64,000 nt of DNA from Amoebophrya sp. A120 (GCA_905178155.1 CAJINV010000002.1:7737650-7801649), one strand, 5' to 3'. Shown: positions 30,285 to 40,489, counted from the stretch's first letter. Translations and numbers: made by a program. Notes: generated by a model not told the origin, from the letters alone.

Positions 30285-33200
30285 TCAATTGCTGCTGTTT
30301 CCCGCGGCTGCGGCAGTGGCGTCACCTTCGGTTCCGTCCCACTGCGCGTCTTCTTTGTCGAGCTTCCTCAGCACGCCTACCGCGTCTCCTCGGCGGTCGC
30401 CCGGTCCCGACGGCCACAGCCAATGACCGTTCATAAGCTGTCGCAGTCGGCCTCGTTTTTCATTGACCGACGTCCACCATTTGGTTAAAACGTCGGTCAA
30501 ATTGCTGGGATCCGAAATGTGCAGCAGGTTCCTCCGCGTCTTCCTGTGGAGTTGTCTTGCACGGGCTATTGCGCGGAAAACACAATTGTCCGGCTCCATC
30601 GTCGTGGACCTTGACAGCAACCTTGCTATGACGGAACTGTTGTCAATAAAATCGTGTTGTTCAAAACCTTCTGCAGCAGCGATGATTTCCTCGGTTAAAA
30701 TCCCGTACGGAGTCGGCATTTCCATCTCGGCCAACCGCAACTTGACGCTCTCTGCCTGCTGCGTTCCGCGGTCGTAGCCGAGAGCTTCCGCACCGTAACT
30801 GCCGTCTACCACCGTGTCGTGTACGTGGCAATCCCAGTGCAGAATGGAGGAGCGAAGTGGTCGTGTTTTCTGGATCGAGTCCGCCAACTCCTTCTTGTCG
30901 GTCACCACGAGCAGAAAAGCTGTCATCGGCCGTAACTGCAGTTCGCGCGCTTCTGCGAGACGGGGATCATCCGCGGCCATGAACTCCGCCATGCCGCGGT
31001 CGAGCTTCTCTTTTTCTTCTCCCTTCTGCTTTTTAACCGGCTTGCTTTGAAAACTTCCGTCTGTTATCAACAAAAAGCACGGCTCGGAAAAGTCAAGCCA
31101 CAACCGCAGAAACGTCTGGTCCTGCTCTCTCACCCGCTTCATATCTTGCACCAAGGTGTTTACTCTGCACGCATTTGCGACAGTGCGCTGCTCATCGGCA
31201 CCAGAGGCGAGGGCGCGTTGGGTGTAGATGAACTCACAAAGTCGTTCCGCGACGTACCCCGTACTTCCTCTGACGCCGCGAAGCCGGGTTACTTCTGTTG
31301 GTGTTAGTTTTGCTGCTGGATCTGGTCTTCCACCGTTTATTGTGGCGTCCGTCTCGAATTCGCTTAATTCATCGATTTTTCGGTGCATCGAGAGGTCGAG
31401 AGCTTGGTGTCCGTCCACGGTGACAATCCTGATGCTTTTGCCGGTAAAGTTCGTCCATTCCGACGTTATTTCCTCGAAGCAACTGTCTTCAAGTGAAGAA
31501 AACGCTTTCTTCATTCTGGACTTGATCACTTCGAGGAGGCCCGGGACCGAACCGTCTGCCAGCACCAAGAAATCGCCCACGTGTGAGCCAAAAACTGCAA
31601 CTACGCGGCCTTCTATCCGCAATCTGTAGATGCAGGGTGCCATCGCGGATGGTGGCATGCCCTGGGCCACGAATTCTTCTCGCGACTTGCGATAAAAATA
31701 ATAGGCTGCGTCGAGCAAGCCATATTGTGGCACCCGGATCCGCAAACGCGAATCCGGGTTCAGGTCCAGGTTGTGCTTCTTGTTCAGGATCGCCAATGCG
31801 CCGTCCAAAGCTTCGGCGAAGCGCCCTTGCACGCGCGGAAAACGCATCTCCGGCATCTCCTCGTCCGTGTACGTCCTGCTCTCCTGGAAGGCCCGTGGTA
31901 CATCAAATACCATTCCTACGGTGCGCTTCCACTTTCCAGCGATGACGGACATGAGGCGCAAGTCCAACTCTGAAAGAGTCGGACTTGCATTCTCGGCCGC
32001 CTCGTCCGGCCTCTCTTGTAAGTGTCCCCCCGGAGCCCACCGGCATTTCAATTGCCAGTAGAACTCCGAGAGAAACTTCGCATCGAGAATAAATCGCGAT
32101 GTGAGCAAGAGTTTTTGCTTGCCAGACAGGTTTTCCCCGCTGTTCAGCGCCTTCACCACGTTCGGAAGCTCCTTGTCTTTCTTTGCCACCATCTGACCTT
32201 CTATTTCCTTGGTCAGCGCCATCTTGGTTTCCACCACTCGTAGCAACTCGCTCAGCACCGAGTAGGGCGTCATGTCGGCCATCTTCCTCGCGCTGCGGAG
32301 CCGTTTCCGCTGTGCCGCTGTCATGCCGGCATGGTGACTACTGATCACACTGTGTTCCGCGCGACCGTCTTCCGCGCCAAACGAATCAGCAAATTCGAAG
32401 CGGATGGCACCAGCGGTTTGTTCACGCATTTCTTGCGAGAAAAAGTAGCCGCCCTCGGCGGTGTAGCCTTCGTTGAGGTAGTACTTTACGCACGTACGGT
32501 TCTTCGAGGCGGCGTTGTTCGGGTTTAGTCGTTCCGCGTGGTGCTTTTCCCACACCAAGGTCATACCCTCGATCAGATCGCAGGGCGCCGCCCATCCTTC
32601 CGGCACCGGCTCGTCGTTCAGCATGTTCTTGACTGTGATCCATTCGCTGGCTTCCACGTTAATGCACTTGGCATTGTAACCCTTCACTTTCCGTACTACT
32701 TCTCGCAGTGCCATGCTGGGTTTGTTGACTGGCAGACCGAGCACTTTCGCCTTCCGTGCGTCCCACTTTATGTGTTTCAAAATGTCGAGTCCGCCAAACT
32801 TCTTCTCGCCCTCCTGCTGTGCTTCCAGTTTCAGGTTGTAGGATTGCACTTCCATTATGTCCATCACTGCGTTGAAGTCCTCGAGCGACAGATCGACCAC
32901 GTTGATCTCCGGTGCGCCTGCCAGCTCGTCAAGCTCGTCTTCGGGAATGAAGTTCTCCGCTTCTACTTGCTCGTCGCCGCCTTCCTCGGCGCCGTCATCG
33001 ACGTCTGCGGCGAGACCATCAGCGGGCGCACCTACTTCTTGTTCCTCCTCGGAGTCTGATGCTACTTTTTCGTCCTCTTCTTCACTACCGAGCAAGTCCT
33101 CCTCGGGCAGTCCGTCGTCTTCTTTTGCTGCAGGCTTTGGGGACGCGTTTTGTAGATCAAACTTTACAGTTTTCTTCACCTTGTCTTGCACCAGACGCTC

Positions 33201-36200
33201 CTCCTGCTGAGTCGTTTTCTCATCTTTGTTCTCGTACAGGAATTCTGGACGCGTCTTCTTCATGTCGCTGCGGAGCTTCTTCTCCGGCAGCCACATCCCC
33301 GCTGTGCACAGCTTGTCGTCGCTTTCGTCGCCGCAGAAGACATGTGGACACAGATTTACGCAACGGCATACTTCTCCGGGGAAGTTAGCCTCTACGTACC
33401 GCATTTCGGCGCAGTCGATGCATGGTATTAACCGGCTCTCATTTATTTTCGCACCGCGAAAGTCGTCTTTTGCGACGAGTCCGAAGTTCTCTTCGCGGTC
33501 CACCCGGTCGAAGTATCCCTTGTGCCGGATTTGTGCGAGGATCTGCGGGAGCTTGGGAATGTCCGACATAAACATCTCGACCGTGTCCGGGAGCGCCAAT
33601 GCAAGCTCGTGGTCGATCACCCTCTGCACTTTCTTCTTTGGGATCTTCTGGATAGCAGAGGTGGCGGAGAGTGGCTTCACTCCCCACACGATGCTTCCTT
33701 CCTCGGCCTGCTCGAGATGTCCTGGCACCCACTTCTCTCCCTTATTCTTCCACTCCACGAGGTCGCCGAGTACTGCTTCCGGGCCCCTGCCGTCTTCCGT
33801 GAGGCGCCGGAATAGGAGGCTCAATTCCAGGTGTAGCTCGGGGTCGAGAAACGATTCCAGAACTGCGATCCGCGCGGCGATTCGGTTTTCCGCCCGCTGG
33901 ATCTTACTTATCCGCGCGTCCTCCACGCTCCAGAAGCGGATAGCGGAATCCTCCGGTAGGTCGCCTTTCTGTGCCAACCGCCACTCCTCTCCTTTCTCTA
34001 GGTATGACGTCATCATTTTCCGCTCGCGGCGCGCATGCGCGAGGAGCCGGAGCAGCACTGACAGTGGCAGATCCCGCAGTAACGGGTGCCTCATTGCGGC
34101 GTGAAGGTTGGTCTTCAGATGCAGATGAGAAACTTCAACATCTGCCATTGCTGTCGCGGAATTCCCGGAAACTATTCTCACCCGAATTCCCGCCGCCAGC
34201 AGCAGCGTGGCCAAACCCTCGCTGATATTTTCGGATCCCGGATCCATGATAAGGATCCTTCCGATGTTGTCGAGATTTTCGCTTACAAACTTGCAAACCG
34301 CGTCGGCAGTGGGCTGACCGGAACTCAGCTTCTTATCGCTCTGGTCCGCGTCGTTCAGGCCTAACAGTTGGTCGTTTTCATTTTTGGTTTTATTGCCGAT
34401 GGCCAGTGGTTTCCCGTCTCCGTCCACCGGCGCGGGGTCGTCCGCGTAGTTCGCGCACTCAGCGAGTGTGATCCATTTCGGTCCGATGAAGTCCAGCCAG
34501 ATGTCGCCGCTGATCTTGCGCAGCAACTGCACTACCGTATTTGGCTGGATGAGCATGTCGCCAGACACAAAGGCTGTGTCTAACATACTCACGGCCGACA
34601 GGTCCACGGTGGACCAAGAGCCTATGGCTCGCTCCATCGGCCATGTCGTGTATCTCACGTTCGAGAAACTTTTCCTCATTGCCGCGTCGATCGCGGTCCT
34701 CAAATCCCGGAAGGGGATGCTGCGGAACTTCCCCTTCGCGAGCTTCGTCATGAGCTTGGCGTCAAGCTTACCTGCATGACGGTGCGTCATCGCTCTGAGG
34801 TACGCGTACACCTCGGCCTGGCGCCTCGTCAGGTTTCGGCGCGGGTCGAAAGGAACGGTCACGCTTTTGCCGTCGTGCGCGTCTTGGGTCGGTGATACCA
34901 ACCCGTATCCGAACCTTGTTACCCGGCCGTCCGATGTCGGCCGCTCACCATTCGCTGCGAGCAACGAAACCAGACTCATGTGTGCAGCTCGTTTCTCCGA
35001 TCTCAGTCGTAATTGATCGCCAACCAGTTCGGCAACGGCGACGGCCCCTTGCTTTCCGTTTCCGGTGAAAAGCGCGCAGCCAGCCCGGTACTTCATCAGG
35101 AAACGCTTACTCCGTTCGAACAGATCCTGATATTCCGGCATCTCCTTGATACGATCCTGCGCCCTCTTGGACAGGCCGGCTTCGCCTTCTTGGAACACCG
35201 ACTGAATGCTCTTCGGCACGGGGAACTGCAGCGTCCGCCCGCGTAGCTGCAAAGCGACATGCTTTCCTGAGTCCGCGGAGGCAACGCGCCGCCCGCTCAG
35301 AGCTGTAATCGATTCTGTGGCCCGCTTCCACTGCTTGATTTTGCTATTATTCGTGTACCTGGAGATCACAGGTATTCCGAAGCCACTGCGGTCGTGCACG
35401 GGCTCGCTTCCGCGCACCTGTTGGTCGAAGAAATACACCGCGACGATATTCCGGTGTGTTTCTCCTCGAAGTGGTAATTCTGCGTTGATTAAATTCGCGT
35501 TTTGGTTAGAAAAATTGTTGAGACTTTGTAGTTTGTTTCTGACTTCGTCGAGATCGTGTATTACTCTGGTTCGCGCCCGTATGTCGGCGCCCGTTGGTTT
35601 GGGTGCGTGGGTTGCACCGACCAAGATTCTTGCGCATGCGTACATTTTTGCTACATCAATTGCCATTCCGTTGTCGTTCGGCTTTTGATTCGCAGTAGAA
35701 GTTCCCGTTGGTAGCTCTCGGCTCCCGACTGGTGCTGCTGACGAAGAAGATGAAGACGAGGCAGGATTGTTCTGTGCCTCCAGCAGCGTGGGAAAGATTC
35801 TTGTATGGTCTGGATGTGGGAAAGATATCTGATTCGTGCTAGTTTTTCTGTTCTTCGCGGCCCGCATCACGCTTGCGGTAGTCGCGAATCCGGCTTCGAT
35901 CTGCTTTCGTACTGCTCGCAGAAAATCAGGAGTAAGTTCTTCAAAAATATCCATCATGCACTGGTTGTCGACCGGTTCCGTTTCCCACGCGCCGCAACGG
36001 CCGTGTCCGGTATCCGGGTCGATGCCGATTTTGAACTGGCGCATGAACTCCAATCCGATCAGGTTCGTTGCAGGTTGTGGCCACTCCCGGTCGTCGACCA
36101 CGATACAGTGCACCAGACCGGCTGGCACCTTGCAACCGTGCGGCAACGCCACAATTACTTCTGCAATACCAAGGACTTTAGTTGCGCCTCCCGCGGTAGA

Positions 36201-36662
36201 CGCCTCCAGCGGGACGTTGGTAAATTCTAATTTGATTCCGTGCTGCAGACAAAAACGGTGGCGCTCCTCCAAAGCCACCACTCCCATAAACAATAATCGG
36301 CTAAACCCGCTGTCGATCAGAAATTTTGCGATATCCTTCATGCTGGCGCTCATCACTTTCAGGTCTTTCAAGTCAAGTAGAATGCTCTGTATCACGGCTT
36401 TCAGGTGGACAGCCGCCTTGTTGACCGGGACTATTTTCTCCGGCTGGTTCACATATTTTTCTCGTTCAAATTGTTCTGTTTGCGGAAGAGGGTTCGGATT
36501 CTTCCTGCAGAGGTAGTACTCCTTCGGCCTGCTAATTTTCTTTTTGTCGATCAAGTTCTTCTTCACGATGCTGCTCACGAAAAGTTCGTTGTTAGTCGGT
36601 GGCTTTTCGTTTTGGTTTCCGGCCGCGTAGTCCGACTTGTCTACGGGCCGTCCCGGAAATCC
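30285..36662 (-). CDS. pol: Pol polyprotein (protease-integrase-RT-RNase H), in the -1 frame relative to gag
   Basis: PR: FLIDSGFS and NLIGLEF. IN: MLDTAF...IMDPGSEN-(D35E)-DVEVSH. RT: FDVPRAF, QYGLLDAA, SHVGDFL. RH: ITDGSF, GAEALG, IDNSSV, LTDVLTK. The frame is open from the slippery site at 36662. Confidence 0.95.
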   Translation of the reverse strand, partial: GFPGRPVDKSDYAAGNQNEKPPTNNELFVSSIVKKNLIDKKKISRPKEYYLCRKNPNPLPQTEQFEREKYVNQPEKIVPVNKAAVHLKAVIQSILLDLKDLKVMSASMKDIAKFLIDSGFSRLLFMGVVALEERHRFCLQHGIKLEFTNVPLEASTAGGATKVLGIAEVIVALPHGCKVPAGLVHCIVVDDREWPQPATNLIGLEFMRQFKIGIDPDTGHGRCGAWETEPVDNQCMMDIFEELTPDFLRAVRKQIEAGFATTASVMRAAKNRKTSTNQISFPHPDHTRIFPTLLEAQNNPASSSSSSSAAPVGSRELPTGTSTANQKPNDNGMAIDVAKMYACARILVGATHAPKPTGADIRARTRVIHDLDEVRNKLQSLNNFSNQNANLINAELPLRGETHRNIVAVYFFDQQVRGSEPVHDRSGFGIPVISRYTNNSKIKQWKRATESITALSGRRVASADSGKHVALQLRGRTLQFPVPKSIQSVFQEGEAGLSKRAQDRIKEMPEYQDLFERSKRFLMKYRAGCALFTGNGKQGAVAVAELVGDQLRLRSEKRAAHMSLVSLLAANGERPTSDGRVTRFGYGLVSPTQDAHDGKSVTVPFDPRRNLTRRQAEVYAYLRAMTHRHAGKLDAKLMTKLAKGKFRSIPFRDLRTAIDAAMRKSFSNVRYTTWPMERAIGSWSTVDLSAVSMLDTAFVSGDMLIQPNTVVQLLRKISGDIWLDFIGPKWITLAECANYADDPAPVDGDGKPLAIGNKTKNENDQLLGLNDADQSDKKLSSGQPTADAVCKFVSENLDNIGRILIMDPGSENISEGLATLLLAAGIRVRIVSGNSATAMADVEVSHLHLKTNLHAAMRHPLLRDLPLSVLLRLLAHARRERKMMTSYLEKGEEWRLAQKGDLPEDSAIRFWSVEDARISKIQRAENRIAARIAVLESFLDPELHLELSLLFRRLTEDGRGPEAVLGDLVEWKNKGEKWVPGHLEQAEEGSIVWGVKPLSATSAIQKIPKKKVQRVIDHELALALPDTVEMFMSDIPKLPQILAQIRHKGYFDRVDREENFGLVAKDDFRGAKINESRLIPCIDCAEMRYVEANFPGEVCRCVNLCPHVFCGDESDDKLCTAGMWLPEKKLRSDMKKTRPEFLYENKDEKTTQQEERLVQDKVKKTVKFDLQNASPKPAAKEDDGLPEEDLLGSEEEDEKVASDSEEEQEVGAPADGLAADVDDGAEEGGDEQVEAENFIPEDELDELAGAPEINVVDLSLEDFNAVMDIMEVQSYNLKLEAQQEGEKKFGGLDILKHIKWDARKAKVLGLPVNKPSMALREVVRKVKGYNAKCINVEASEWITVKNMLNDEPVPEGWAAPCDLIEGMTLVWEKHHAERLNPNNAASKNRTCVKYYLNEGYTAEGGYFFSQEMREQTAGAIRFEFADSFGAEDGRAEHSVISSHHAGMTAAQRKRLRSARKMADMTPYSVLSELLRVVETKMALTKEIEGQMVAKKDKELPNVVKALNSGENLSGKQKLLLTSRFILDAKFLSEFYWQLKCRWAPGGHLQERPDEAAENASPTLSELDLRLMSVIAGKWKRTVGMVFDVPRAFQESRTYTDEEMPEMRFPRVQGRFAEALDGALAILNKKHNLDLNPDSRLRIRVPQYGLLDAAYYFYRKSREEFVAQGMPPSAMAPCIYRLRIEGRVVAVFGSHVGDFLVLADGSVPGLLEVIKSRMKKAFSSLEDSCFEEITSEWTNFTGKSIRIVTVDGHQALDLSMHRKIDELSEFETDATINGGRPDPAAKLTPTEVTRLRGVRGSTGYVAERLCEFIYTQRALASGADEQRTVANACRVNTLVQDMKRVREQDQTFLRLWLDFSEPCFLLITDGSFQSKPVKKQKGEEKEKLDRGMAEFMAADDPRLAEARELQLRPMTAFLLVVTDKKELADSIQKTRPLRSSILHWDCHVHDTVVDGSYGAEALGYDRGTQQAESVKLRLAEMEMPTPYGILTEEIIAAAEGFEQHDFIDNSSVIARLLSRSTTMEPDNCVFRAIARARQLHRKTRRNLLHISDPSNLTDVLTKWWTSVNEKRGRLRQLMNGHWLWPSGPGDRRGDAVGVLRKLDKEDAQWDGTEGDATAAAAGNSSN
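36594..36662 (-). promoter_or_regulatory. Predicted -1 programmed ribosomal frameshift signal (G GAU UUC plus H-type pseudoknot)
   Basis: Heptamer at 36662-36656 in gag phase, then a 5-nt spacer. Stem 1 is CGGCCCGUAG/CUACG(C)GGCCG. Loop AGUCGG pairs with CCGACU (36599-36594). Confidence 0.8.
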
Positions 36663-39600
36663 CGGTCGAGGTACAAACCATCCTCGTCGTAGTCGTACTC
36701 CTCTTCTTCGACTGTGTCGTCCCCGCCGGCCGGGACCGTACCAGCCGTCGCGGCGGCGCTCGCCGCGTCGCTAACCTGAGCCGGATTCACGCTCAGGCTC
36801 GGTTGCTGCGTGGTGGTACTGGTCGTCGGTTCCGCAACGTACTCCCCGAGCCAAAACTCTTCGTCCATATCGCCCATTTCGATCCCCACCGTGTGCTGGA
36901 CTAGGCCGTCGGTATCCACAAATTGGATACTCGCGAAAAATTTTTTATTTCCACGTCGCTTGCCACCGCCCTTCTTACCCTTCTTGCCCCCCTTTCGGGC
37001 GTTCCGCTTGAACTTGCGAAAGAACTGGGCGGCCTTGATGCAGAGCGAGTACACGGGGCAGTTGTCACGGTCGTGGGACGGGCTTTTGCAGGTTGTACAG
37101 GTTCGCGCGCTGTTGATTCCCGGTTTATTAAAATTACATTCCGCCTTTTTGTGTCCCACCTTTCCGCAAGACCAACAAACAATGTTGCCCTTTGCGGGTT
37201 GTATTTTATCGCCGAATTTGGCGAACGCCGCCGCCATCACCTGCGGCTGGTGGACCTCTTCGCACATGATAACCTCCTCGGCGGTTTCGCGCCCAGCGCT
37301 GCAACCGCAGCCGCTCATTCCGAGGTGGTTGATGTGGAAGGAGAAAGCGTTGGCCGCTTTTGATTTCGACTTGTAATTGATAATGGCGGAACTGGTCCGG
37401 ATGTTCCGGTCGAGACTGACGTAAGCCATGATCTCCTTGAAGTACGGCCACGCACGCGTCAAGCGCATCCGTTTCTTCTTCTTCATCTTGCTGGTGGAGA
37501 ACATCATGACCTCGCGCAGGAACGCGTCGTCGATGGGAATGCGATCGCGAAATTCCGCGAGCAGCCGCAACTGGTCTACCTCGCTCTTCGGATTGATCGT
37601 AATCCCCATCGCAAGCGCCGCGCGCCGGAACTTGGCCAACTCCAGCCACATGTTGGCATTTTTCTTGTTCCAATCGCCTTCTTGCACGGACCAATTCTTC
37701 AGACGGTCGTTGATGTCGGATGCCATTTGGCCGTAGAGCTCGGTCAAGGAGGTGAAGTAGTTGAGGACGGTGCACGAGTTCAATTTGTCCCGGTCGATGT
37801 AGCCGAGCGCGAGGATGTCAGTTTTCTGATCCTCGGTGTGCGCTTCCATCCAGTGCTTCCGCACGAGGACGGTCTCTGCGCTCAGCGCCACCGCCCGGTC
37901 GGTGTCAATGCATCCCTTTAGGTGCATTTCTAACTCCATTTTCCAGCTCGCGAGCTTCATCGAGGAGCTGAATTTTGGTGGACCAGCGGCAACATACTGT
38001 CGGAAGTCGATTTTCGTCTTCTGTGCCGATGTCAAGGTCTTGCCCTCCGCGATGTGCGTCGACTCGAGCGGAACGTCGAAATTACCGATGGTACCGACGA
38101 GAATGCCATCCGCATTCATCACGAGCCCGATCTTCCCTTCTTCGGGGGTCGTGTTGGCCGACGGCCGGGCGGCATCCAGGTTCAGCCGCTTGACCTCCAC
38201 GCGCTCCTCCTTCAGGATGCCCTTGCCCTTTGCCTTGTTCCCATAACCGTCACGACCATCATCACCGTCGTCTCCACCGTGACCGCCGCCTTGACTGTTG
38301 TCGTTGTTGCCCCCGTTGCCGTTTCCACCGCCGGCACCACTACTACCGCCGCCTACCATGTTGGGCTGCTGAGTGTAGTGTTTCTCGTAATCTTTGGAAG
38401 ACCAGTTCTTCCGCTTCTTGATGTCATCGTCGTCGTCAACCGCGGATCCATTGTCAGAAGAAGTTTCGGATTCCGAAGACGAGGATGACGAACTACCGCC
38501 ATCGTCCCCACCGTCGCCTCCGGCGGCCGCCTTCTTCAACGCGCGCTTTCGCTTCTTCTTTTCGGCGCCGCTCGTCCTCTTACTCTTCTTTGTCGTCGTC
38601 GAAAAGGCGTCTTCTTCGGCCTCGGCCTGACCAGCTTCGGCCGCAGCGAATGCTGCCGCCGAGTATCCGGCCGCGATGGTAGCACGCTCCACTTCCTTCG
38701 GGTGCAAACCTGGCAAGAACTCGCTTGCCGCATAGTCCGGGTCTTCTTCGATGTAGTACTTCTTCTCGTTGCGGATTTTGCTACCGAGAGAACTGGCGAC
38801 GGACGCAGCGCGACTCCGCGTCGTCACGTCTTCCGCAACTTCGCCGCTCAGAATGTTGCATTCACGGGCTGTTGCCCCCGTCGATCCGATGTTGAAATGT
38901 TGCACCGTCGACTGCTGTTGCAAAGACGCAGTTGCAGCTGCAGCTCGTGCCTTCTCCTTTTCCAATGCCGCAAGTGCTTGATCGGTGGCATTCGTCGCAT
39001 TCTGCAGGAGGTGCACGTATCGGCCTTCCATTTCCTGCATCTGCTGTTGCATGTAGGTCTGCATCTGCGCCATATTCGCCTGGGCTTGCCCTTGCAACCC
39101 TGCCACGCTTGCGGACAGGTTGTCGGCTTGGTTCTGCAGTCCCTGCATGTTGTTGACGATTTGGTTTGTATTGTTGTTCTGGGTTGTCTTGATCTCGTCG
39201 ACTACCTGCTTGGCCGCGGTCAGCTCCGTCACCACTTTGTTATCGAGGTTGGCGATGTTGTCCTGCGCGGCCGCCACCTGCGCGGTCGTGTTGCTTGCCA
39301 GCCCGTCGAGCTCGGTTTTCGCAGCGCGCAGTTCCTTTTCATGGTCGTTACGCAGTTCCGACACTGCGTTTTGCGCGTCCATGGACGTGGCCGCCGCGCC
39401 AACCGCTGCTGTTGCTGCTCCGACGGCGGCCTGTTCGGCATCACGGGCATGTCCCATCCAGTTCTGTACGCCCTTGCGCATTCGGCCCTTGAAATCGGTC
39501 CATTCCTCGTACCAGCGTGCCCACTGCTCCTCGGACCAATGGCCGTAATTTGCGTTGTTGTATCCGTGCTCGGGTCCGTATGTGTCTGGACCATACGGCC

Positions 39601-39823
39601 CTTTCTTGCCCCCGTAGTTGTTCATCCATTTTCCTTTGTTTTTATTTCCATATCCGTTGTCGTTGGTACCCACTTGGTAGTTGTTGTAGTTGTAATTTTG
39701 CAGCTGGTAGTTTCCGTTCCGGCTGCTGCGCCGCGACGTCATCGATTCGTCGGACGTCGGGTTCCCATCCTGCAGCGCACGCTGTCCAGCGGCCGCTCCC
39801 TTGCCTTGCCCTGGACCTCCCAT
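36641..39823 (-). CDS. gag: Gag (1060 aa) with an N/Y/G-rich N-terminus, coiled coil and two CCHC zinc knuckles
   Basis: CWSCGKVGHKKAEC and CTTCKSPSHDRDNC followed by a basic patch. Located upstream of pol. Confidence 0.9.
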   Translation of the reverse strand: MGGPGQGKGAAAGQRALQDGNPTSDESMTSRRSSRNGNYQLQNYNYNNYQVGTNDNGYGNKNKGKWMNNYGGKKGPYGPDTYGPEHGYNNANYGHWSEEQWARWYEEWTDFKGRMRKGVQNWMGHARDAEQAAVGAATAAVGAAATSMDAQNAVSELRNDHEKELRAAKTELDGLASNTTAQVAAAQDNIANLDNKVVTELTAAKQVVDEIKTTQNNNTNQIVNNMQGLQNQADNLSASVAGLQGQAQANMAQMQTYMQQQMQEMEGRYVHLLQNATNATDQALAALEKEKARAAAATASLQQQSTVQHFNIGSTGATARECNILSGEVAEDVTTRSRAASVASSLGSKIRNEKKYYIEEDPDYAASEFLPGLHPKEVERATIAAGYSAAAFAAAEAGQAEAEEDAFSTTTKKSKRTSGAEKKKRKRALKKAAAGGDGGDDGGSSSSSSSESETSSDNGSAVDDDDDIKKRKNWSSKDYEKHYTQQPNMVGGGSSGAGGGNGNGGNNDNSQGGGHGGDDGDDGRDGYGNKAKGKGILKEERVEVKRLNLDAARPSANTTPEEGKIGLVMNADGILVGTIGNFDVPLESTHIAEGKTLTSAQKTKIDFRQYVAAGPPKFSSSMKLASWKMELEMHLKGCIDTDRAVALSAETVLVRKHWMEAHTEDQKTDILALGYIDRDKLNSCTVLNYFTSLTELYGQMASDINDRLKNWSVQEGDWNKKNANMWLELAKFRRAALAMGITINPKSEVDQLRLLAEFRDRIPIDDAFLREVMMFSTSKMKKKKRMRLTRAWPYFKEIMAYVSLDRNIRTSSAIINYKSKSKAANAFSFHINHLGMSGCGCSAGRETAEEVIMCEEVHQPQVMAAAFAKFGDKIQPAKGNIVCWSCGKVGHKKAECNFNKPGINSARTCTTCKSPSHDRDNCPVYSLCIKAAQFFRKFKRNARKGGKKGKKGGGKRRGNKKFFASIQFVDTDGLVQHTVGIEMGDMDEEFWLGEYVAEPTTSTTTQQPSLSVNPAQVSDAASAAATAGTVPAGGDDTVEEEEYDYDEDGLYLDRDFRDGP

Positions 39824-40489
39824 TTTGCGCTTCTACGGCTCGTTACACCAAAAGAGGTAGAAGGCGAAGATGATGAGAAGAAAACCGCCGAACACACAAA
39901 GTGCGACGATCTCGATTATTTTCCAGAAGAAGATGCTGACGGCGGTCTGCAGGCAGCCGCACATACGGGCTCCGTTCGTTCACTTCTTACGGGACTTGGT
40001 TAGTTGGGGATTAGTTTTGTTTTTCCAGTGCGTCGACTAGTCGAGCGCACCTAGCTGGGGAGACTTGCGCACTACACCTTAGTGCTGCTAAATCCTGGTT
40101 TTGATGGGCAAAGTCTTAGATTGTCGAACTCCGTGATTCCGGTCGGTTAGGCCTTTTTCGTTTGCGGGTGATACTGCAGATTGGCGGTTCTGATTTTGCT
40201 TCTCGGTTTCGACATAAACAAACGACAGACGAATTTTCGATACTGCGATTTGCGATTTGCGTTACGGCAATTTTGCGATCGAGAAACAAAAGACACCGAG
40301 TCGATACTTCGTTCTTTCGGGCGCAGCCGCCGCACTCCTATTTCTGCTTATTCTTCCAAGAAACAAAAAGGTGCACAGATTCGAAAGCTGAATTCCGGCT
40401 CCAAGAAATCAGAAAAGAGGAAAATCGAAACGGGCTTCATCAAACTTTCGTCACAAAAAACTTGCTGGTGCCGGTGCTCCTGTCCCCGG

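Noticed and set aside
38702-40003. 433-aa plus-strand ORF antisense to gag (also 33226-34104, 48735-49718, 5800-6717 and similar)
   Set aside because: Shadow ORFs produced by GC3-biased or repetitive coding sequence on the opposite strand, with no motifs.
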